DNA of 64,000 nucleotides from Octopus vulgaris (taxonomy: Eukaryota). Made by a program: the position numbers and the translations under genes. Below are positions 30,877 to 44,558 of this stretch, piece after piece. Within the stretch, counting starts at the first letter, position 1; the number at the start of each line of letters is the position of its first letter. Where the stretch lies: assembly GCA_951406725.2 (NCBI GenBank), contig OX597840.1, positions 24,924,001-24,988,000 of the forward strand, in the 5' to 3' direction. The notes beneath the pieces are model-generated. The model was given only the letters and a program-made list of their open reading frames with translations. It was not told where the DNA came from and made no database searches.

Positions 30877-31093
30877 AGACGGTGCTGAAAAGTTCCTGGC
30901 TTTTAGAGTATAGAGCAAGGCCTGGTTGGAGGCCGAAACTTCCGAGCTCTTTTTACAGGGCTTAGAAAAACTGAAGGGCCGCTGCAACAAATGTGTGAAT
31001 CTGAGTGGGGAATATGTTGACTATAAAATCATAATTAACTGATCCTCTTGTATTTTCTTTTACCCAAAGCCAGGAACTTTGAAGCATCCCTTC
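30877..31093 (+). mobile_element. Mariner-derived MITE, copy 2
   Basis: GGTGCTGAAAAGTTCCTGGCTTT .. AAAGCCAGGAACTTTGAAGCATCC TIRs. Interior FLQGLEKLKGRCNKCVNLSGEYVD matches the mariner GIxKLxxRWxKCVxxxGxYVE terminus. Confidence 0.85.
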
Positions 31094-31598
31094 ATATGTG
31101 TATGTGTGTGTAAGTGTGTGTATGTTTGTGAGTGTGTGTGTAAGTCTGTGTATGCAAATATGTACTTATATATATATATATATATATATGTATATACATA
31201 CATATACACACACGGGTACAAACACACACATACACACACATACACGTACACACACATATACGAACGCAGACATACACACACATACACCCTCACGCACACA
31301 TATATCACAGTTTAGAGTACAAAGGGCCCAGCTTACGACCCTACCCCACCCACATTAACCGTCATATACTAATTAAACACAAACGGCCCGCTGAACCTCT
31401 AGGGGACCAATGAAAGAGGCTTTATGTAAGACAACAAGGAAGTGTTTAGGGGTTTAGAGGAAAGAATTAGGGAGTCATTTGGGGAGACAACTAGTTGGTT
31501 CAGAAACTTTCGGCGCTTCCAGTATATTAACAAATACATACATACATACAAATTTATATATGCATAAATATGTATACACACATTTATATATATGTATG

Positions 31599-31630
<32 letters not shown>

Positions 31631-32276
31631 TATCAATGGCGATGGCTGGCTAGGAAACTAGGGCATGCAATCCCCCACCCACTGAGGTGTTGGGGTGGGA
31701 ATTTCTGAGGGTTCCACCCTTCCCCGTTTTCCGTGAAAAGTGTAGTATTATACGCTTTGAAATACAGGGAGTCTGAAAACGGAAATAGTTTCTCCCCCAG
31801 CCCCACCTCCACCCCACGATGCACTGTTTTGAAGTAGTTAGTAAGACACGAGTAACGTACATATAACTTTGGAAATCACCTTCCAACGATTTCATCCAAT
31901 AGGGGCTATTCAAGCCTTCGACTTCGAGAGTAATGCCTTTTAGATAATTCCTTTTAAAGTTTGGAAGAAAATTCGGCATTCACGAACTCTTGAAGCTGAT
32001 TGAGAGAACTACCAAATTAAGTGAATGTGTATATTAATGTACGACTTCTGTCACTGATGCAGCTTTATTGCATTTACGGACATCGACTTATCCCCTAAAG
32101 ATTTCTTGAAGGCTTTTCTTCTCATCAACAAATCGCAAAATGTGTGACAGTCCAGATTTCATTCGAAGGTTTATAGTCCCACCAAACATATAACATCAAC
32201 AAATGCTCACTTGAAACAACTATACAATTAAATGATTTCGTTTTGATTATCATTTGAAAGTGATATTCGTTTTCAA

Positions 32277-32665
32277 TCTATATACTATTAAAAGTCAGAG
32301 TAAATCTTGCTTGCTTGCAATGTTACTCAGCCAAATTGGCGCATAATGGGAAAATACTATGAATTAATTTTACCCTGAAATGTTAATACGAACGGAATGA
32401 AATAAGTTTCATTCGCGTAAATCGCTAAAGTGGTTTTCGAGATATTACAGGTTTTCGGGGGGGGGGGGTTATAAATACCCGAAACGGTACATAATGGGAA
32501 AATGTTCCGAAAATAATCTTCATCCTTAAAGGGAAGAAACCCTTATCTCTTTATTAGATACAGTGAGTTGACAACGAAAAAAGACGATTTTTTTTACAGT
32601 ACGGAGCAAATAATTCAAGAAAAAAATAATTTGGGAAGATACCATTGACTCTGTTATTATCTAGT
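32277..32665 (+). mobile_element. Possible Helitron-like element (5' end only supported)
   Basis: A|TCTATATACTATTAAAAG start resembles a Helitron 5' terminus, with an internal repeated CATAATGGGAAAAT. No clear 3' hairpin before the CTAG at 32661. Confidence 0.3.
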
Positions 32666-33244
32666 GACGGTTGATTTCTGTAGTTATTATAAGTGTGTTT
32701 TGGCGATTTAAATAAGAGTTTTGATATGTCCTAGACACATAAAAGGAGTTGGTGTAACCTTGGGCTGTGCACCAGCATGGTCATTTTCGTATCATTAACT
32801 GAATCCGTTAACAAATGACAGGAAGAGAAATATATGTGCAAAGGTTTGCGTGTGAAATTTCGTTTGTGTAGGACTTTTATAAAATGACTTTATCATCAAC
32901 AGAATTGAAAACATGAATGTATAGTGCACAAGAAGCGTGTATTTGACCAAAAGCTTTGTCCTACATTTATGTCTGAAGACACAGTTCACACGGATCTTAA
33001 CTTCGACTCTCAACAACCAGTCTGATGTCTATTGTTAAAATTATAAAGTCGTCGTGTGGAGGAGTCACCGGAACGTTGGACAATATCACGTTTGGTTTTA
33101 GTTTTAAGTGTTCTCATTCATAAAATCGAAAGAAGAAATGGCTGTGTGGTAAAGATGTGTGTGTGTGGGACCTACGTGTACAGATGTACTTTTTATTTTC
33201 TACTTGTTTCAGTCATTTGACCGCGGCCATGCTGCAGCATGAAC

Positions 33245-33462
33245 AAGTCGAGATGGCGTCAGTTACTCTATTGACAGGATGATGATACAGGAATATACAC
33301 CAGGATTCCGACAGGTACAACTCATTTTTGCCAGCTGAGGGGACTGGAGCAACGTGAAATAAAATGTCTTGCTCAAGGACACAACGCGTCGCCCCGGAAT
33401 TGAAATCACGACCTTACAATCGTGAGCCGAATGCCCCTAACCACTAAGCCACGAGCCTTCAC
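33245..33462 (-). mobile_element. Family C SINE (tRNA-derived, CORE-like), 5' part
   Basis: Minus strand GTGAAGGCTCGTGGCTTAGTGGTTAGG..GATTTCAATTCC..TTGTGTCCTTGAGCAAGAC..CTCAGCTG: A box, decayed B box and CORE-like motif. Confidence 0.75.
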
Positions 33463-33523
33463 ATACACACACACATATATATATATACATACACACACAT
33501 ATATATGTATATATATATACATG

Positions 33524-33610
<87 letters not shown>

Positions 33611-33633
33611 ACACACATACATACATACATACA

Positions 33634-33669
<36 letters not shown>

Positions 33670-34738
33670 CATACGTGTGCGCGCGCGCGCGTGTGTACAG
33701 AGAAGGGGGAGGGAGATGTAAAAATAGAAGAAACGTGAGTAATTGAAAAGTGAGAAGAGAGAGAGAGACAGAGATACAGAGAGACAGAGAGAAAGAGAGA
33801 AGAGAGAGGAAGAAGAAGAAGGAGAAAAAAGCCATATTAAATGAGGGACGGAGTTGTACTCTTGGAGACATGACGATAAAAATATCCGCTTTTTATTGTC
33901 GTCTGCTCGAACAAATGAAACATGTATATTTATTATATATATATACACTCGTTATGTTGTGATTTCTATCAGTTCATTGTAAATTTAAATGAAGGAAAAC
34001 GAAGGAACATAAGCTATAAAGAAGGTTGTAACTCCTTCATTTGCAATGTCTAGGAAACAGGGAGATCGTTTGCGTTTTCAGAGTCTTCCATTACTTTTTC
34101 AATAATCTTTAGTTTTTAAATCATTTATTTAAAAATATTTCTTTTTATTTATAGATTCCTGTTCTTGTTTATTTTTTTTCTTTCATTTTCTTTCATTTTC
34201 TTTCGTTTTATTTCGTTTTATTTTGTTTTATTTTTATTTCGTTTTTGTTCTGTTATTTATTTATTTATTTATTCAAATTCTATTTCCGAATTTTCTGTCC
34301 TTATTTTCATTGACTTTTTAAGACGTCGTATAAAAAAATTTTTTCTGAGGAATATATCATAAAATGTAAAATGATCTTATCTTCTGAGGAGATATAAAAT
34401 TAAGGAATGGAGAAGAAGAAGAAAAAAACAAATTCCCCCACCACCACACAAAAAAAAAAAGAAAAGAAAAAAACAAAAAATTAATAAAAATAAAGTTTGG
34501 CTTGGCTTGTCTTGGCTGATAGTTAAGAAGCTCTCTTTGCGACCATGTGGTTTTGGGTTCAATCCTACTACACAGCACCTATGTGTGTGTTGGAGTGTTG
34601 GTATGTGTGTGTGTGTTTGTGTGTTGGCATGTGTGTATGTGTGTGTGGGGGGGGGAATGGTATATGTGTGTGTGTGTGTTTGTGTGTTGACATGTGTGTG
34701 TGTATGGGGGGGATTCGTATATGTGAGTGTGTATATTA

Positions 34739-34974
34739 GGCGGCGAGCTGGCAGAAACGTTAGCACGCCGGGCGAAATGCTTTGCGGTATTTCGTCTGCC
34801 GTTACGTTGTGAGTTCAAATTCCGCCGAGGTCGACTTTGCCTTTCATCCTTTCGGGGTCGATAAATTAAGTACCAGTTACGCACTGGGGTCGATGTAATC
34901 GACTTAATACCTATGTCTGTCCTTGTTTGTCCCCTCTGTCTTTAGCCCCTTGTGGGTAATAAAGAAATAGGTAT
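34739..34974 (+). mobile_element. Family D SINE, full length
   Basis: GGCGGCGAGCTGGCAGAAACGTTAGCA..GAGTTCAAATTCC (A/B boxes), central GTCGACTTTGCCTTTCATCCTTTCGGGGTCGATAAA..AGTACCAG domain. At least 6 copies in the window. Confidence 0.88.
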
Positions 34975-35145
34975 GTGTGTGTGTGTGTGTTTGTGTGTTG
35001 GCATGTGTGTGTGTATGGGGGGAATGGTATATGTGTGTGTGTGTGTTTGTGTGTTGGTATGTGTGTTTGGGGGTCTGGTATGTGTGCGTGTGTTTATGGG
35101 TTGGTATGTGTGTGCGTGTACATGTATGTATGTGTGCGTGCGTGC

Positions 35146-35208
<63 letters not shown>

Positions 35209-35356
35209 TGGTGTTGTGATACATGTGTAAGCAATTTGAAACTGTTTACGAGACAGCACTGGTGGTTGCTAGGTGACGAGCAAAATTTACTTCATTCAAA
35301 ATTTAGAAAAATAAATAAATAAAATAAACAAAATTTTCTTAAAAAAAAAAATAATG

Positions 35357-35680
35357 GTTGTGTGGTAAGAAGCTTGCTTCCCGATCACACGGTTCCAGGT
35401 TCAGTCCCACTGCGTTGCACCTTAAGCAAGTGTTTTCTACAATAGCCTCGGGCCGACCAAAGCCTTGTGAGTGGATTTGGTAGGTGGAAACTGAAAGAAG
35501 CTCGTTGTATCGGCCCCGCAACCTAGCGGTTCGGCAAACGTAAGCGATAGGATAAGTACTAGGCTTTAAAAAAATAAGTCCAGGGGTCGATTTGTTCGAG
35601 TAAAAAAAAAACCCTTCAAGGCAGTGTTCCAGCATGGCTTCAGTCAAATTACTGAAATAAATAAAAGAGTAAAAGAGTAG
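35357..35680 (+). mobile_element. Family A SINE, diverged, lacking the internal microsatellite
   Basis: Collinear with family A with a central deletion. Confidence 0.85.
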
Positions 35681-35779
35681 ATAACACCAGACGACAGATA
35701 ACTTCTACTAGAAACGCCAACATCCGCCATGTTGTCCTTATAAAGTCAATGAGTTTTCTGTGACGAAGAATAATTATCC

Positions 35780-35952
35780 TTTCCATTATAGTCACAAGGC
35801 CCGAAATCTTGGGGGAAGGGGGTTAAGTAGATTACATCAACCCCAGTACATGACTGGTACTTACTTTATCGGTCTTGAAAGGACGAAAGGCAAAGTCGAC
35901 CTTGACGGAATTTGAACTCAGAACGTATGGGCGGACGAAATATCGCTAAGAA
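35780..35952 (-). mobile_element. Family D SINE fragment
   Basis: Reverse complement of the family D central domain (GAAAGGCAAAGTCGAC..GGAATTTGAACTCAGAACGTA). Confidence 0.8.
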
Positions 35953-36534
35953 TTTTGCCAGGGTGCCACGCTGCGGGACTGAACCGGGAACCATGTTGTT
36001 CGAAGGCAAACTTCTCACCACACAGATACGTCTGCGCCCGAAGAAACCCATCGAAAAAAAAAAAAACTGCGCAGCTCGTAGACTGTAGCCGCTGGAAGAT
36101 TTCTTTCTTCGCAACGAAATCCCACGAAGAAACCACCAATAGAAAAATCTTATTTAAATCGAGAAAATGGCAAGCAGATATTAAAGTACTGAAGCCCTTT
36201 AAACATGATTTACTGAAGATAATAAAAACATTATATATATATAAAACATAGGCAAAATTCCGAAAATATTCTAACACCTTGCAACACATTCTTGTGGAAG
36301 ATCTGAGGTATTTTTTTGTAACTTTAGACAATTATATGTTCCTCTCAGATAAGACGAAACGCGTGAAGTTTAGACAAGTTACTTGCTGATTCCGTTCTTA
36401 TCTGGATACTGAATAGTTTAAAGACAAGATGGGTTCTTGAACTTTTCAAGCTATCTACGAGAAGAGCAAACACGTTTTTCAGTAACTTCCTCAGCTTCAT
36501 CGTGTTGCAGCAAATGTGTATATGTGTATATATA

Positions 36535-36776
36535 GGCGCAGGTGTGGCTGCGGCATAAGAAGCTTGATTACTAACCACATGGTGTTGAGTTCAGTCCCAC
36601 TGCGTGGGACCTTGGGCAAGTGTCTTCTACTATAGCCTCAGGCAGACCAAAGCCTTGTGACTGGATTTGGTAGACGAAGAAACTAAAATGTTTGTGTGTC
36701 TGTGTTTGTCCCCCAACCATTACTTGACAACCCGTCGTATTGCTCGATAGGCGGTGCTATGCGCAGTCAAATGACT
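36535..36776 (+). mobile_element. Family A SINE, internally deleted
   Basis: Head and CORE-like region intact, 3' half abbreviated. Confidence 0.85.
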
Positions 36777-36777
36777 A

Positions 36778-36822
<45 letters not shown>

Positions 36823-36825
<3 letters not shown>

Positions 36826-37237
36826 TCTTTACTCTTTTACTCTTTTACTTGTTTCAGTCATTTGACTGCGGCCATGCTGGAGCACCGCCTTTAGTCGAGC
36901 AATTCGACCCCGGGACTTATTCTTTGTAAGCCCAGTACTTATTCTATCGGTCTTTTTTGCTGAACCGCTAAGTTACGGGACGTAAACACACCACCATCGG
37001 TTGTCAAGCAATGGTGGGTGGACAAACACAGACACGCAAACATATACATGCATACATATATATATACATATATACGACGGGCTTCTTCCAGTTTCCGTCT
37101 ACCAAATCCACTCACAAGGCTTTGGTCGGCCCGAGGCTATAGTAGAAGACACTTGCCCAAGGTGCCACGAAGTGGGAATGAACCAGGAACCATGTGGTTG
37201 GTAAGCAAGCTACTTACCACACAGCCACTCCTGCGCC
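36823..37237 (-). mobile_element. Family A SINE, full length
   Basis: Collinear with other copies; tail-to-tail with the 36535 copy. Confidence 0.92.
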
Positions 37238-37258
37238 TATATATATATATATATACTT

Positions 37259-37380
37259 TATTTAAGAGCAGCAGAAATTTAACAAAAGCTGTTACTCAGA
37301 TTCTCTTGCAGAACCGCGAGGTTACGGGGACGTGAAACTCCGTGTAACAGCTTTTGTTAAATTTCTACTGCTTTTAAATA
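37259..37380. repeat. Inverted repeat (~40-bp arms)
   Basis: TATTTAAGAGCAGCAGAAATTTAACAAAAGCTGTTAC pairs with GTAACAGCTTTTGTTAAATTTCTACTGCTTTTAAATA (2 mismatches). Confidence 0.88.
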
Positions 37381-37763
37381 AAGCATATTACACAACCTCT
37401 GGTAGTTGAGTACTCTTTTTTCCACCTTGTTTCACATTTATGTGTTTACTACGGTATATATATATATAACTTTTTCAATATCAGTGTCAATCGACACTGG
37501 AAAAAGTATATGTATTTGTGAAGGGAGCTGACTTCTCGTCGACAACCATGATTGTCACACGCTGTTGAACAGGTAAACACCTTGAAACTCGAGTCCGTGT
37601 GTATATGAGTTGAAGACGGGAGGATGACTTCCTTCACAAATACTGAGAGGGCACAGATAGTGTGTCTATAGCCAGCTGGAGGAGATATCTTCCTGGAGCT
37701 ACAAACTACAGTAGCATCCACCCTTAGGGGTTAGCCATATTCAAATGGCAAATATACGTCACG

Positions 37764-37824
<61 letters not shown>

Positions 37825-38155
37825 CATGTGTGTGTGCTTGTCTCCTTGCTATCACCTGACGACCGATGTTGGTGTGTTTACGTTCCCGTAACCTCGCGGT
37901 TCGGCGCAAAAGAATCCGATATAATAAACACTAGACTTACATAGAATAAGTCCCGGGGGTCGATTTGTTCGAGTGAGCGAGATGTAAACGGTAACTGTAC
38001 GGAATCCTAACATAGAATTGCCAACCAAGTGTGGATAGGGCTACTGATATTTATAGCCCCAGGAAGACATCTCCTGCAGCTGATTAACGGCACGCTGGAG
38101 GAGATGTCTTCCTCGGGCTATCTCCCGTTGGGACGCCACACTTGGTTGGCATATA

Positions 38156-38201
<46 letters not shown>

Positions 38202-38210
38202 GTGTGTATG

Positions 38211-38243
<33 letters not shown>

Positions 38244-38292
38244 AGACAAAAAAAACAGATGTATTAGTTTAACGCTCGAGAAGTGAAAAAGT

Positions 38293-38328
38293 CTTTAACG
38301 TTTCGAGCCTACGCTCTTCAACAGAAAG
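38293..38328 (-). ncRNA. Minimal hammerhead-like motif (related to family P)
   Basis: Minus strand CTTT-CTGTTGA-A-GAGC-gtag-GCTC-GAAAC-GTT-AAAG. Confidence 0.5.
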
Positions 38329-38429
38329 GGACACAGAAAGAAACAGGGAGAAAAAAATAAAGAATGTCACGGAACAGTACATTATATACATACATATATG
38401 TATATATCTATATATATCTATATATCTAT

Positions 38430-38476
<47 letters not shown>

Positions 38477-38477
38477 A

Positions 38478-38559
<82 letters not shown>

Positions 38560-38561
38560 TA

Positions 38562-38765
38562 AATGTGACCTCGTGTGTACCGTTGGCGATTTTTTTTCCT
38601 CTGTCTTCCCTTCTCTGGATCTTTCCTTCTCCTATGTTTCCGACGAAGATCTCCGCTCGAAACGTTAAACCCTCCTTCTTTCCTTCTTTCCTGAGCGTCC
38701 AATAATACTATACTTGTTCCATGTCCTCGCGTTGTGTTTTTGTGTTTTCTAGTTTGGATTAACTA
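38562..38765 (+). mobile_element. Family P short repeat with hammerhead-like motif at 38636-38670
   Basis: GTTT-CCGACGA-A-GATC-tcc-GCTC-GAAAC-GTT-AAAC. Confidence 0.78.
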
Positions 38766-38778
38766 TATATATATATAC

Positions 38779-38843
<65 letters not shown>

Positions 38844-38894
38844 TACATACATACATACAAATGTATATATAAGATTCTTAATTTATTATACAAA

Positions 38895-38931
<37 letters not shown>

Positions 38932-38969
38932 GTGCGTGTGTGTGTAACATATACACATATGAATGTATG

Positions 38970-39000
<31 letters not shown>

Positions 39001-39067
39001 ATATATATTTGTATATATTTATGTGTGTGTATATACATATACACATATGAATGTATATATATATATA

Positions 39068-39447
39068 CACTTGCGTCAGAAATTAATTAGCACTTCTCAA
39101 ATTTCTACATTAAATAGCTTAAATCAATTAACCTATCAGCTGTTCAAAACGTCTTACGCGATGAGAAAACTTAGTATGGTGTGATTTCGGTCCTTGCGAG
39201 GCGCTACCTATATCTATTAAACAAAGGAAGATTTGTCTGCATCCGCACTCCAAGTTGTTGTTGCACTGCTATGTCAACATCATTAGGCTGTAGACTCTCA
39301 AACCGCTCTGCAAACAAAGTTCCGTCATCGTTCTGCGCAACAGTGAACTCGCAACAAACCAATAGTTCGAGATATGGCCACTAGGTGACAGCACATACCT
39401 TGAGTGAAGAGCAAATCAAAGGTGCTAATTAATTTCTGACGGTAGTG
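39068..39447. mobile_element. Tc1-like non-autonomous element (380 bp)
   Basis: 26-bp TIRs CACT(TG/AC)CGTCAGAAATTAATTAGCAC, TA on both sides. Confidence 0.88.
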
Positions 39448-39475
39448 TATCTATATATATATAGATATATAGATA

Positions 39476-39683
39476 AATGTGACCTCGTGTGTACCGTTGG
39501 CGATTTTTTTCCCTCTGTCTTCCCTTCTCTGGATCTTTCCTTCTCCTATGCTTCCGACGAAGAGCTCTGCTCGAAACATTAAACCCTTCTTCTTTCCTTC
39601 TTTCCTGAGCGTCCAATAATACTATATTTGTTCCACGTCCTCGCGTTGTGTTTTTTTTTGTGCTTTCTTGTTTGGATTAACTA
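39476..39683 (+). mobile_element. Family P short repeat (part of a local ~510-bp duplication)
   Basis: Near-identical to 38562-38765; CCGACGA-A-GAGC-tct-GCTC-GAAAC. Confidence 0.8.
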
Positions 39684-39700
39684 TATATATATACATATAC

Positions 39701-39769
<69 letters not shown>

Positions 39770-39878
39770 TACATACATACATACAAATGTATATATAAGT
39801 TTCTTAATTTATTATACAAATATATGTATATATATATATATATTTGTGTGCGTATGTGTGTAACATATACGCATATGA

Positions 39879-39916
<38 letters not shown>

Positions 39917-40045
39917 ATATATATTTGTATATATTTATGTGTGTGTATATACATATACACATATGAATGTATACATATATATTTGTATATATTCATGTGT
40001 GTGTGTATGTGTGCGTGTGTATGTATGTGTGTGTATATGTATGTA

Positions 40046-40084
<39 letters not shown>

Positions 40085-40732
40085 AGCATCTACAGCTTTT
40101 AGTGGCATTTGTTATCATTTGTTTGATCCTGCAAATCTGTTATTATTGTAGCCATGACGACGGCGACGGCGACGACGGCGGCGATTGGCCCCTTCTGTAA
40201 CCTTACTCCTGTTTGTTAAAGAGTAACAGCAAAAATGGGAGTATTAAAACACTGAAATCAAACACACACCCCCACCCGCACCCGGCTACCCGGCTACCCC
40301 TAACTCAATCAAAACAGTCGGATCAAAAACGCATTGAACAAATGGCAAATATTTATACAATGTATTTATCTTTTGTCTGCCGTCGTTTCCTCGTTCGTCC
40401 TCCGCTCTAGTCGTGACCAACCAGAAAAATATTTTTTTAACAAATATTTTGCTTGTTTGATTATTATTAAAGTTATTTACTTGTGCTCCAGCATGGCCAC
40501 AGTCAAATGACTGAAACAAGTAAAAGAGTAAAAGAGTAAGTGTTTGCACCTGTGGTTTTAAGAAGCTCGCTTTGCAGTCAAGTGGTTTCGAGTTCGGTTC
40601 CTCTGTTTGGTCACTATGGAAAGGCCTGTTTCATTTACTATAGACGAAGGCTGACGATTGCTTTGTGAGTGGAATTGGTAGACAGAAACTGTGCGGAAGC
40701 CTTTCATATCTATCTATCTTTTCATGCATACG

Positions 40733-40769
<37 letters not shown>

Positions 40770-40778
40770 TAATATTAA

Positions 40779-40987
40779 GACGGCGAGCTGGCAGAAACGT
40801 TAGCACACCGGGCGAAATGCTTAGCAGTATTTCGTCTGCCGCTACGTTCTGAGTTCAAATTCCGCCGAGTTCGACTTTGCCTTTCATCCTTTCGGGGTTG
40901 ATAAACTAAGTACCAGTTGCGTACTGGAGTCGATCTAATCGGCTGCCACCTCCTCCCATAAAATTTCGGGCCTTGTGCCCAGAGTAG

Positions 40988-40990
<3 letters not shown>
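40779..40990 (+). mobile_element. Family D SINE
   Basis: Same head and central domain as 34739; variant 3' end. Confidence 0.85.
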
Positions 40991-41079
<89 letters not shown>

Positions 41080-41084
<5 letters not shown>

Positions 41085-41285
41085 TAATCCAAACAAGAAA
41101 ACAAAAAGACAACAATGCAAGGATGTGGAACAAATAAAGTATTATTGGACGCTCAGGAAAGAAGGGAAGAAGGAGTGTTTGACGTTTCGAGCGGAGCTCT
41201 TCGTCGGAAACATAGGAGTAGGAAAGATGCCGAGAAGGGAAGACAGAGGGGAAAAAAATCGCTAGTGATACAGGCGAGGTCACAT
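41080..41285 (-). mobile_element. Family P short repeat with hammerhead-like motif at 41177-41211
   Basis: Minus strand GTTT-CCGACGA-A-GAGC-tcc-GCTC-GAAAC-GTC-AAAC: perfect stems I and II, GUC triplet. Confidence 0.8.
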
Positions 41286-41536
41286 ACTAAAAGGCGGAAG
41301 TGGTGAAAGTAGATGAAAAGTGTTTTTAAAAAAACAGGAGAGTTATATCAAAGACGGAATGGTAAAGAAGGTGTGCGATGATGACAAGTGTGTGTGTGTG
41401 AGTGTGTGTGTGTGCGCGCGCGTGTGTGTGTGTGTGTGTATGGCGAACAACAGGCAGTAGCAGGCCAGTAGTAGAATTAAGGAGTGGTGCAGGGCAAAAT
41501 GGCAGGTCAAAAACAGGGAGGTATGTGTGTGTGCGT

Positions 41537-41759
41537 CGAGCTGGCAGAAACGTTAGCACGCCGGGTGAAATGCTTTACGGTATTTCGTCTGCGTTACGTT
41601 GTGAGTTCAAATTCCGCCGAGGTCGACTTTGCCTTTCATCCTTTCGGGGTCGATAAATTAAGTACCAGTTACGCACTGAGGTCGAGGTAATCGACTTAAT
41701 ACCCATGTCTGTCCTTGTTTGTCCCCTCTGTGTTTAGCCCCTGTGGGTAATAAAGAAAT
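41537..41759 (+). mobile_element. Family D SINE with 18-bp TSD
   Basis: AGGTATGTGTGTGTGCGT at 41519-41536 and 41760-41777 brackets the element. Confidence 0.88.
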
Positions 41760-42336
41760 AGGTATGTGTGTGTGCGTGTATGTTAGTTGTGTGTGCGTGT
41801 ATGTGTGCGTTTGTATGTGTGTGTGTGTGTAAGCGTAAATGGATGTATATGCGTGTATCCGCGGGGTTGTGAGTTTTTTTCGCGCGTGTGCGTGCGTATG
41901 TGTGCGCATGTTTTGGTGTGCGTATGTATGTGTGTGTGTGTGTCTGTGCTTATCTGTGTGTACGTATGTGTATGTGTGCGTGCGCGTGTAGGTATATGTT
42001 GTGTGTATGTATATGTGTCGGTGTGTATGTGAATTAGTGTGTGTTTGTACGTGTGCATGTGTGTGTGCGTGTATTGTATATATATGTAAATGTGTGTGTG
42101 TGCGTGTGTGTGTACGTGCGTGGGATTGAATGTATGTATGTATGTGCGTGTGTGTACAAATGTAGGGGTTTATATGTGTGTTTATATGTTTATATGTGTG
42201 TATATATATGCATGCAAGGACACACTCCACAACTGAAAGACTGATGGAAAAAAACTCTTTCGGTGCGGGCGCATGCGAATCCACAGGCACACACACGCAC
42301 GCACCGACGAACGCCCGAAACAAAGCCAACCCCCCC

Positions 42337-42378
<42 letters not shown>

Positions 42379-42705
42379 CGTGAACCAAAAGTCACGCATA
42401 AGGTAAGTTCAAAGCGCTCAGGAATAGTGAAAGACATGCTTCGATTTTTCTCAAATTGAATATCATAAATAAAATCATGATGAATACACATGTAACTGTA
42501 CATGATGAAGAAAATTATTAATAATAATTATTAATAGTTATCGCCAAGCTAACATGGCAGTCCAGAAAAATAGGACGAATGCTGCTGTTGATTAGCTCCA
42601 ATAGGCCATCACCTCTAGCTAGCTATGTGACACACGAACCTGTGTCCATTATAACCTTCGAACAGGAGAGGTCAGTCGCTTCCCTTAACTGGTCTGGCAT
42701 CTACA

Positions 42706-42959
42706 GAGTAGTTTCAGGGTATTTGCCCCTTATCAATGTAGAGCCGCCGAACCAGGCTGGCGATAACTATTAATATCCATTACCGCTGCCGTAGTCTCCT
42801 TTAGAGGGACTTGATAAAAATAATATTTCAATTTTTGAAAACCTGTGTATGTATTCCACTGAATTTAGGTAAATAATCCTTCAAACGGACGGTCAGTAGC
42901 GACACCTGCTGGGTTCGGCTGCTCTGCATTGATAAGGGGCAAATAGCCTGAAACTAGTC
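42706..42959. repeat. Inverted pair of ~55-bp segments, each with a decayed hammerhead motif
   Basis: Plus strand 42929-42959 reads TTGATAA-GGGGC-aaata-GCCT-GAAAC-TA-GTC; its reverse complement lies at ~42706-42760. Confidence 0.7.
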
Positions 42960-43061
42960 AATTGCCCATCCTTTCTTCTTAAGAAGGAACTTAGCTTGGC
43001 CACTTTCCCCACAAGAGTTGAAATCTTGTGGGGGATCAAATTTGCCCTTCATTTCTTCAGT

Positions 43062-43247
43062 GTCATCATCATCATCATCACCATCATCGTCACCATCATC
43101 GTCATCACCATCATCGTCACCATCATCGTCATCACCATCATCGTCGTCGTCGTCGTCATCATCATCCTCCCCTCCTCCTCCTCATCATCCTCATCATCAT
43201 CATCATCACCATCACCATCACCATCACCATCATCACCATCATCATCC

Positions 43248-43278
<31 letters not shown>

Positions 43279-43332
43279 CATCGTCATCCTCATTATCATC
43301 ACCATCACCATCACCGTCATCACCATCATCAC

Positions 43333-43364
<32 letters not shown>

Positions 43365-43377
43365 CCATCACCATCAC

Positions 43378-43431
<54 letters not shown>

Positions 43432-43453
43432 CATCGTCATCCTCATTATCATC

Positions 43454-43509
<56 letters not shown>

Positions 43510-43540
43510 TATCATCATCCTCATCATCATCCTCATCATC

Positions 43541-43572
<32 letters not shown>

Positions 43573-43617
43573 TATCATCATCCTCATCGTCATCCTCATT
43601 ATCATCACCATCATCAC

Positions 43618-43662
<45 letters not shown>

Positions 43663-43709
43663 CATCGTCATCCTCATTATCATCACCATCATCATCATCG
43701 TCATCATCC

Positions 43710-43803
<94 letters not shown>

Positions 43804-43857
43804 TATCATCATCCTCATCGTCATCCTCATTATCATCACCGTCATCACCATCATCAC

Positions 43858-43956
<99 letters not shown>

Positions 43957-44003
43957 CATCGTCATCCTCATTATCATCACCATCATCATCATCGTCATCA
44001 TCC

Positions 44004-44034
<31 letters not shown>

Positions 44035-44057
44035 TATCATCATCCTCATCATCATCC

Positions 44058-44097
<40 letters not shown>

Positions 44098-44108
44098 TAT
44101 CATCATCC

Positions 44109-44141
<33 letters not shown>

Positions 44142-44154
44142 CCATCACCATCAC

Positions 44155-44211
<57 letters not shown>

Positions 44212-44258
44212 CATCGTCATCCTCATTATCATCACCATCATCATCATCGTCATCATCC

Positions 44259-44289
<31 letters not shown>

Positions 44290-44312
44290 TATCATCATCC
44301 TCATCATCATCC

Positions 44313-44355
<43 letters not shown>

Positions 44356-44377
44356 CATCGTCATCCTCATTATCATC

Positions 44378-44433
<56 letters not shown>

Positions 44434-44469
44434 TATCATCATCCTCATCGTCATCCTCATTATCATCAC

Positions 44470-44505
<36 letters not shown>

Positions 44506-44527
44506 CATCGTCATCCTCATTATCATC

Positions 44528-44558
<31 letters not shown>

